Shown here in pieces: positions 54,824 to 64,000 of a stretch of DNA of 64,000 nt. The notes under the pieces are model-generated. The model made no database searches. It was not told the DNA's origin and saw only the letters and a program-made list of their open reading frames with translations. The stretch's first letter is position 1; every line of letters begins with the position of its first letter. Made by a program: the position numbers and the translations under genes. The DNA is from Octopus vulgaris (Eukaryota): NCBI GenBank assembly GCA_951406725.2, contig OX597833.1, forward strand, positions 53,940,001 through 54,004,000, in the 5' to 3' direction.

Positions 54824-55009
54824 CTGTAAGGATAAACTGTTTGTTATTGAGTAACAAGGGAACAGGAATTACATAATCAGTTTCATTAGCTTACAACAGT
54901 TTCTGCTATAATAAGCGGTACACTTAGAGATGAGTGTTTGTGCAACATGACATAGCTTCCTTGGAGCCATTGAAATGCATACATATTTTAGTAAAAACTG
55001 GAAGAATAT

Positions 55010-55340
55010 ATCCGTGTCGGTGGCACGTAAAAAGCACCATCCGAATCGTGGCCGAAGCCAGTGCCGCGTCGACTGGCTTCCGTGCTGGTGGCACGTAAAA
55101 TGCACCAATCCGACTGTGGCCGATGCCAGCCTCACCTGGCACCAGTGCAGGTGGCACGTAAAAAGCACCCACTACACTCACGGAGTGGTTGGCGTCAGGA
55201 AGGGCATCCAGCTGTAGAAACATTGCCAGATAAGACCGGAGCCTGGTGCAGCCTTCTGGCTTCCCGGATCCCCGGTCAAACCATCCAACCCATGCTAGCA
55301 TGGAGAACGGACGTTAAATGATGATGATGATGATGATGAA
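55010..55340 (+). mobile_element. SINE-like family D
   Basis: Family sequence. Confidence 0.85.
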
Positions 55341-55945
55341 TAAGTATTCAACTCTAGGAAGGTTCTTTTCAATAAAATTTTTGTTACATTTCTGGGACCT
55401 GAAGTTTCCTGCTGATGGGGATCAGCTACTTTTCAGCAAGAATTTAAATCACAAATGACTCTCTGCCATTAAAGTTAGCAGAGTATCCTGTGCTATCAAG
55501 GTTGAAAAGTAGCTTTAAAAAATCTAATTTTTGTTCTCAATGAAGACATATTCAGTTGAAGAGAACATGATTGTATTTTTTATGCGATATTATTTTTCAA
55601 GTTAGAAATGATGTTATTTTCCAAACCATTTGCTGCAGACTGGTATCTAATGAACTGTAATACAGATACAGTCTCGATATTAATTTTATATTTTGTAATT
55701 TAATTGAATAAATGACAAAATATCTAATTCAAGCACATTAAATAAAAACAAAGGATTAGGTAAATGTGAAAACAGTTGTATTTCATTCAAAACTATTATT
55801 GAATATATCATATTATTTATCTTCGCTTCGTGAATTTTTTAAATTTTAAAAATAATTTGAAATACTTGTAGAAGCCAAAGTGTTGAGAGGTAAATCATCT
55901 TTGGGCAAGTGTCTTCTACTATAGCCTCGGGTCCACTCAGCAGTT

Positions 55946-56170
55946 ACTCTTTACTCTTTTCTCTTTTACTTGTTTCAGTCATTTGACTGCGGCCATGCTG
56001 GAGCACCACCTTTAGTCGAGCAAATCGACCCCGGGACTTATTCTTTTGTAAGCCCAGTACTTATTCTATCGGTCTCTTTTTGCCGAACCGCTAAGTGACG
56101 GGGGACGTAAACACACCAGCATCGGTTGTCAAGCGATGGTGGGGGGACAAACACAGACACACAAACATAT

Positions 56171-56211
<41 letters not shown>

Positions 56212-56375
56212 CGACAGGCTTCTTTCAGTTTCCATCTACCAAATCCACTCACAAGGCATTGGTCGGCCCGAGGCTGTAGCAGAAGACACTTGCCCAAGAT
56301 GCCACGCAGTGGGACTGAACCCGGAATCATGTGGTTGGTAAGCAAGCTACTTACCACACAGCCACTCCTGTGCCT
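55946..56375 (-). mobile_element. SINE family A, full length
   Basis: Family sequence. Confidence 0.9.
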
Positions 56376-56724
56376 ATTTAGTTAGTGGATAACCCTGCAA
56401 CAGACTGCTAAGAAGGCATGTTGGCCTACCTGCCTAGCAAATGGGGTAGCATTATTCTTAAGCTACAACAATGTGAGAGTGGTGTATAACAACACCCAAT
56501 AGTGTGGCTGATACTGTGATATCTCTATGCATGAATGTGTGCGTGTTTGAATTTATGTTATATTTGACAGCTGGTGTTGGTTTATTTATGACCCCTGTAA
56601 CTTAGCAGTTTGGCAAAAAAGATCTGTAGAATAAGTTTTTTTTCTTCTTTTCTCTCTTTAGTCTACATTCCTCCATAAGTAGCATAGGTTAAAAAAAAAA
56701 AATTATCTTCTTGAGTGAAACCAA

Positions 56725-56945
56725 CTCAAAAGGGTCAGTTTCCTGGTTTCATGGTGTATAAGTTCCCCACCTGGATAGGACACTAGTCCATTGCAGGATT
56801 ACTCATTTTTGCCAGCTGAGTGGACTGGAGCAACATGAAATGAAGTCTTTTGCTCAAGAACACAACCTGTCACCCAGTCCAGGAATTGAAACCATAATCT
56901 TATGACCATGTCCAACACCCTAACCACTAAGCCATGCACTTCCAC
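56725..56945 (-). mobile_element. SINE family C
   Basis: Similar to 11112-11360. Confidence 0.8.
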
Positions 56946-58102
56946 AGGAGCATGGGGCCACCTCCATTTCATGTCAGTGGACTCTTTTCATGGGCTACCT
57001 CCTTGGTTTTAGACCAAGAGAGAATGATTGGTTTCCTTTCATCCTCCATGCATCTTTTCCAGGTTTTTGTAGGTCATCCAACTTCCCTCTTTCCTTCAGG
57101 TTGCCAGTCTAACACTTATCTTGCAATGCTGCTTTGAGGTCTCCCAAGAGTGTAACCAATCCTGCCTCATTTCTTTTTCAGAATTTCTTGCTTGATGTGA
57201 CTTTGGTTCATTCTGTCCCATTAGGCTTCCATTTGAAATTTCATCTGGCCACCAGATCTTGAGCAAGTGGTACAGACATTGAGCAAAAGTCTATGGGTTA
57301 CATTTTATGGCTAGAATAAGTACTAGACTTAAAAATGAGCACTGGTGTTCATTCATTTGGGTAAAAGGTGGCGCCCCAGCATGGCCATTAACCAATGACT
57401 GAAACAAGAAGAAAAACAAAAGGTAAATAGTCTTGGAGAAATGATGCAACAAGTGGGATTTGAAGAAATTGGTGCAGGGTATATTCAGGATTTATTGCAT
57501 GCTGAATATAAAACCTTGCCCCTTAAGTTCTTATACAGTTAGCAGAACAGGAGTAGTCTAGTTCAGATTGCAAGGGAGAGACTTCTTCATTACCAGTTTT
57601 TAACAGCAGAGACTTTTATCTGAATGCTTTAGTGCAAACTTCATAAAAAAAAGATTCAAATGTTCAACAAAGCATCAAAGTTAAAAAGATCTGAAATATT
57701 AGCACTGAATTGTTATAAGGAAGAATTAGAAGTTCGCAAAAAGAAGATAAAGAAATCAGTCCTTTAAACAAAAAAAAAAGAAAATATGAGTCTAACAGAA
57801 CCAATAACACCATTTTTATTGTTTATCTATCTACCTTTCTTTTTGTTGTTTTTGATTTTAACGTGTTGAATAAAATAAAGAAAGTGTAAAATTTTTTTTC
57901 AGAATGAATTACATATAAATTTGTTCAAGCAATTTTTTTTCTCTATAAAGTATATATAGTTTTTGATTGAATCACACAAAATTTTGTTCATCAGATTCCT
58001 CCTAAGCAAAGAATGTGAGGTTTTTTTTATTGATTTACACAATGTTATTCAAAGAATTTACATATATATATGTATATACATACACCCCCCCCACACACAC
58101 AC

Positions 58103-58220
<118 letters not shown>

Positions 58221-58288
58221 CACACTGCTATGTTAAGTTTATATGTGTGTGTGTATTATATGTATGTATATGTATATGTATGTATATG

Positions 58289-58344
<56 letters not shown>

Positions 58345-58556
58345 CGTACATGCATACAAATACATTCACACACACGCAAGCATGCATAAACATACGCACA
58401 CACACAAACACATGCGCACGCACACATACACACTCACATACCCACCCATATATATATATATATATATATGTAGCAACATTGTAAATTAATTCAGTTCAAA
58501 TTCTAAATAAGTGTGTATTCCTTTGAATAACTAAAAGAAGTTAACTGTATATATCC

Positions 58557-58596
<40 letters not shown>

Positions 58597-59260
58597 TAAT
58601 TCAGAAAAAAAATTTGTGTTAAGCTTCCTCTGATAAGGAAGTTACTGCTGATAGCAAAGTGAAAAAGAAGTGGAATTTGTTAACTTCATTAATTGAGGCA
58701 TTACTATACACACAAGCACAAACATATGCACACATACATACTCAGACACACACACACACATACACCCCCACACGCGTCACATGTCACATGTATATATGTA
58801 TGCGTGTATTATATATAAAGACAGATATGTATGTTTGTGTGTGTTTATATATACACATATACATATATATGCGTGCGTGTGTGTGCATCTATATATATAT
58901 ATATATATATATATTGATAAAACGGTAAGATAACAAAAGAAAGAAAGAGACCTCAATATTATGTAAATAGAGGAAATTTATCTATACAATATGTTACATT
59001 ACTCGGTAGTCAAGATAAAACTCTGAGTTTCAGATGCCGAAGTGGAAATCAAATTTTTCATAACGTTTTCAAATAGCACACACACATACACCCCCACATG
59101 CGTCACATGTCACATGTATATATGTATGCGTGTATTATATATAAAGACAGATTTGTATGTTTGTGTGTGTTTATATACACATATACATGTATATGATATA
59201 TGTATATATATATATATATATACATGTACATTTATATGTATACACACATACCTATATGCA

Positions 59261-59297
<37 letters not shown>

Positions 59298-59310
59298 GTA
59301 TACATATACA

Positions 59311-59348
<38 letters not shown>

Positions 59349-59420
59349 GACATATACATATATATATGTGTGTATATATATATATATATATGTATGATAT
59401 GTATGTATATATATATATAT

Positions 59421-59492
<72 letters not shown>

Positions 59493-59579
59493 ATAAACAC
59501 ACACACATATAAAATTAACATAGCAGTGTGCAATGTTTTACCAAAAGGGAAAACAATATGTAGTGACAATTATATATAC

Positions 59580-59910
59580 ATAACATTGCAGGTAAAACTG
59601 TGCTATAGATGCCATTAAACGCCTTCCATCTGGCCCTTACTCTCCGTGAGATCTCCTTTTCGATATCTCGGCACATAATCACTTCCTGCCCCAGGTAGAC
59701 ACATTCCTTTACCTCCTCTATTTCATCACTGCCGATCATCATTCGACCTGTTGTTACATTGTCTGACCGCATGAACTTCATTTTCATGCGGTTCATCTTG
59801 AGACCTACTGCAGAGCTTTTGATGTCGAGCTCCGTCAGCATGGTCTGAAGCTGATCTGTGGTTTCAGCGGATCAGCTCCAGATCATGCTGTGTGCTTGCG
59901 CCCACGAAAC
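59580..59910 (-). mobile_element. RTE LINE RT fragment
   Basis: VGLKMN..K.KFM...EIEEVKECVYLGQEV...EISRRVRARWKAF. Confidence 0.85.
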
Positions 59911-60013
59911 TTAGCTCCAGCATGGCCACAGTCAAATGACTGAAACAAGTAAAAGAGTATAGATTGTTAGCCACTACACAAATTTTTTTCTCTCCTTGTT
60001 TTTTTCTGTGTCC

Positions 60014-60049
60014 CTTTCTGTAGAAGAGCCTAGGCTCGAAACGTAAAAG
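60014..60049 (+). ncRNA. Minimal type I hammerhead-like motif (A6U variant) in a small repeat (~59960-60140)
   Basis: cttt CTGTAGA agagc ctag gctc GAAAC GTA aaag. Confidence 0.55.
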
Positions 60050-60137
60050 ACTTTTTCTGTTCCTGAGTGTTATACCAATACATCTGTTTGTTTTGTACAC
60101 CACCTGTCTTCGTCTTTTGCTTTTTTCGTAAACTCTC

Positions 60138-60194
<57 letters not shown>

Positions 60195-60771
60195 CATACA
60201 TATATACATATACAAGTCATTGTTGACTTATGACCACAATTTTCATAAGTCAATTTGGTCGTAAGTCAGCCTATAGGCCAACTTAGCTTTGTTTATAATT
60301 TTACATTCTCAAGGTACATTCTCAGGTAAAAGTCACACACAGCATTCTGTATTATACTATTATACTGGCGTTAGTCAAACATTTTGGAGTCTTATAAACA
60401 AATATGAGCTTGCCTCGATGTCTATGCAACAGGATAGTCGTCCAATACAGTGGTGATCAATAGTCAAACCTAGGGAAAGCGTTTGTTAGCTGACATCATC
60501 CGTAGATGGGTTAATTTCTAAGAAATTAAACCCATTAGATTTCAACTGGACTAATTTATTATTGCTGCCGGTAAGATTTCTTGACCTGGATACCCTTCCT
60601 AATGCCAACCATGCCAAGAGTGTAGTGAGTGCTTTTATGTGCCACTGGCATGGGAGCCAGTTAGGTGGCACTGGCATCGGCTATGCTTGAATGGTGCTTG
60701 TTATGTGCCACCGGTATGGGTGCCAATCAGGCGGCACTTACAATATATATGTACACACACACACACACACA

Positions 60772-60995
60772 TCTATTATATAAAATCCGTTCTGTCTGTG
60801 TATGTATGTGTCTTCTAGGATCTCGGGCATCCTCCATCCGATTGCACTCAAATTTGATATGTAGATACCGATGGTATCAGGGGGTGTATAAGTCTTGAAA
60901 AAATTACAAAAATCGATTCCAGGTGAGAATGCGATCAATAAAGCCGTGGGAATGTGCACTTGTATGCGCAAGTACATCAGTGGAAATCCGTTTTT
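60772..60995 (+). mobile_element. Helitron-like non-autonomous element 5' end
   Basis: A|TCTATTATATAAAA start, ctgtctgt microsatellite, ccgatt...aaattt motif. Confidence 0.5.
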
Positions 60996-61324
60996 TGCTG
61001 GTGTCTCAAATTTAGGTTAAGTCAGTGTTTCTCAAAGGGGAGGCCTATGGGATGGTCAGACAAGTTGTTTTGAGAAAATTTGGTTCAAATGTTTGACAAC
61101 TTAGCACCGTCCATTGGACGGGGGTGGGGCGTTTTTGCTCGTATATATATATATATATAAATGAAATATAAATGTGTGCATGTGTTTGTGTGTGTGTATG
61201 TATATATATGTATATTTATATATATATGTGTGTGTATGAATGTATTGTATAGCTGTCATCTTTTGAGTTGTGTATGTTAACATTGCGTATATGTATTTAT
61301 TTGTTTGTGCGTGTGTGTGTGTGT

Positions 61325-61360
<36 letters not shown>

Positions 61361-61653
61361 TTATGTAGGACAGTATTTCCAGGCTTCAACACATTGTATC
61401 ATATTAGTAGTCAATACAATATACATATTGTACAGGTTATGTTATGACCTCTTCAGGAAAAGTTGATGTTCGGTGCTTGGATAAGGAATGGTTATTCCAC
61501 CTGGATTAACAAGCTGCCGTTTTGACCTTTAACAGGACAAGAGTCCATGCTCTTGAAATGGGAAAGTGTGTGTGTACATGTGTGTGTATGTATGTGTATG
61601 TTTGTGTGAGTATGCACACATACATATATATGCATACATATATAATTTTATTC

Positions 61654-61727
<74 letters not shown>

Positions 61728-61843
61728 GTACCTATCTATCTGTGTCTCTATATATCTGTATCTGTGTGTGTATTTATCTCTTTTTCTCTCTACCCTCTGC
61801 CTGCCTGTCTGTCTGTCTGTATATCTGTATATATGTATATATG

Positions 61844-61889
<46 letters not shown>

Positions 61890-61890
<1 letters not shown>

Positions 61891-62047
61891 TTTATTTAAA
61901 AGCAGCAGAAATTCAACAAAACCTGTTACACGGAGTTTCACGTTCCCGTTCATCAGACAGTTTTGCTAGGGTTAGGGTGAGGGTCGAACGGGAACGTGAA
62001 ACTCCGTGTAACAGGTTTTGTTGAATTTCTGCTGCTTTTAAATAAAG
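61890..62047. repeat. Perfect 62-bp inverted repeat with telomere-like loop
   Basis: 61890-61951 is the exact reverse complement of 61986-62047; loop contains tagggttagggtgaggg. Confidence 0.97.
61918..61964 (-). ncRNA. Minimal type I hammerhead ribozyme
   Basis: aaaactgt CTGATGA acg ggaa cgt GAAAC tccgt GTA acaggtttt. Confidence 0.72.
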
Positions 62048-62116
62048 CATATTACTCTACCCCTGGTATTTGAGTACTCTTTTTTCCACCTTGTTTCACA
62101 TTTATGTGTTTACTCC

Positions 62117-62153
<37 letters not shown>

Positions 62154-63343
62154 CAGGCTTCTTTCAGTTTCCATCTACCGAATCCACTCACAAAGCTTTG
62201 CTCAGCCTGAAGCTAAAGCAGAAGACACTTGTCCAGGGTGCCATGCACTGGGACTGAACCTGGAACCATGTGCTTGAGAAGCAAGCTTCTTCCCACTCAT
62301 CCATATCTGTACCTATATCATCATCATCCTCATCATCATCATCATCATCATCTCAATGAATCAATCGTAGTAATACCATTCATATATTTTTATTATGTTT
62401 TTTATGCTATGCTTAAAGTACCATTCACTGCTGAAAAACTTTTGGGTAATATTGGAATCGCAGTTTACCTAACAACAGTGATCTCCTTTCATCAATACCT
62501 TTTGTACAATGATAATTGATTACTTAAGTGTCTGCTTTGTGTGATTCTGTCTAGCCAATTACTGGCATGCTTCACTTTGATATGCCTTGGTCCTTTATGG
62601 AACCCTTGTAATTGAAACTCTGTGTGTGTGTGTGTCTGTGTATGTGTGTGTGTGTGTGTTAAATTACATAATGTGTGTGTGTGTGTGTTTGTGTTTGTCC
62701 CCCATCAATGAATGACAATAATTGTTGATTTGGTTACGTTCCTGTAACTTAGCTATTCAGAGAGAATAAGCGTCAGGATTTAAAAACGTCTTTGATTTGT
62801 TTGTATTCTGATTAGAAATTTCACTTGTTAATTATCTGTTGATTAGTTAACAAGTCATTGTTCACCTGTTCACCCGAGTGCCTGATGAGTTGGGACTTAT
62901 GAAAAATTATGCAATTTAACTAATTGTATTATGCTTCAAGACAGTGCTCTAGCACTGAAGCAAGTAGACTAAATGACTGATGGAAGTAAAACACAAAACA
63001 ATCCATAATCCAATGAAGAACCGAGACAAACTATAAAATGCATAATTTACAAAGAATGCTTTATTTAATATTACAAAAATAGGGATTGAGAAAATATTCT
63101 CAAATAAACTATTCTGAAAAAAATCTATTTTTCTATTAGTTTCTTCAATGATCTCACTGAACTTCTCGATTGGAAAGTTACCAAGTGCAAACTGATCAAA
63201 ATGAAAAATCCATAATCCATAGATTGGTTTTAAGTTTACCAAAGATCATTCAATCAACCAAAATATTTGGACAAAATGTGTAGACTATATATATTTAATT
63301 ATGAAGATTTCATTCAAGATTATTTATACTGTGAAACCATAAA

Positions 63344-63542
63344 CATCATCATCATCATCATAACCATCACCGTCACCACCATCATCATCATCATCATCAT
63401 CATCATCACCATCATCATCACCATCATCACCACAATAATCATCATCATCATCATCATCATCACCACCACCATCATCATCACCACCACCACCACCACCATC
63501 ACCACCACCACCACCACCACTACCATCATCATCATCACCATC

Positions 63543-63576
<34 letters not shown>

Positions 63577-63593
63577 TCATCATCACCATCACC

Positions 63594-63627
<34 letters not shown>

Positions 63628-63635
63628 TCATCACC

Positions 63636-63666
<31 letters not shown>

Positions 63667-63731
63667 CCACCACCACCACCACCATCATCATCATCACCAT
63701 CACCACCACCACCACTATCATCCTCATCATC

Positions 63732-63763
<32 letters not shown>

Positions 63764-63823
63764 CACCATCACCATCATCATCATCATCATCATCACCATC
63801 ACCATCACCACCATCACCATCAC

Positions 63824-63867
<44 letters not shown>

Positions 63868-63890
63868 CCATCATCGTCATCACCATCATT
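63344..63890. repeat. (CAT)n/(CAC)n compound microsatellite
   Basis: Direct inspection. Confidence 0.95.
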
Positions 63891-64000
63891 TAACATTCAT
63901 TGAGAAATAAGTACTCCGAGGTTGGATGCTTCTGATAAAAACCTATTTTCAATTATTTCTTCGACAGTCTCGCTTATCTTCTGGACTGGCTTGCTACCAA

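Noticed and set aside
62878-62915. CTGATGA gttgggac ttat GAAA on plus
   Set aside because: Stems I and III cannot form
62949-63242. 97-aa hydrophobic minus ORF as a standalone gene
   Set aside because: Non-ATG start, no recognisable family; at most contains exon pieces of the unresolved gene

Overview
AT-rich eukaryotic (animal) genomic DNA dominated by microsatellites ((TA)n, (CA)n, (TACA)n, (ATG)n, (CTA)n, (TAGA)n) and by several tRNA-derived SINE families. The repeat repertoire looks cephalopod (probably Octopus; this is inference from recalled SINE motifs). There are also decayed LINEs (RTE, CR1-like), mariner relics, and hAT-, piggyBac- and Helitron-type non-autonomous elements. Almost all ORFs in the supplied track are microsatellite or SINE artefacts. 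Host-gene signal is limited to a probable first coding exon on the minus strand at 550-619 (NFI-like N-terminus) and a scatter of short, phase-compatible minus-strand exon candidates (about 25-55 kb) of an unidentified gene. The most notable unannotated signal is a set of type I hammerhead-ribozyme motifs from at least four unrelated small repeat families (29.1, 37.3, 51.7, 60.0, 61.9 kb). Three of them sit in long inverted-repeat structures, one with telomere-like repeats in its loop, consistent with Penelope-like pLTR or retrozyme-type self-cleaving mobile RNAs.
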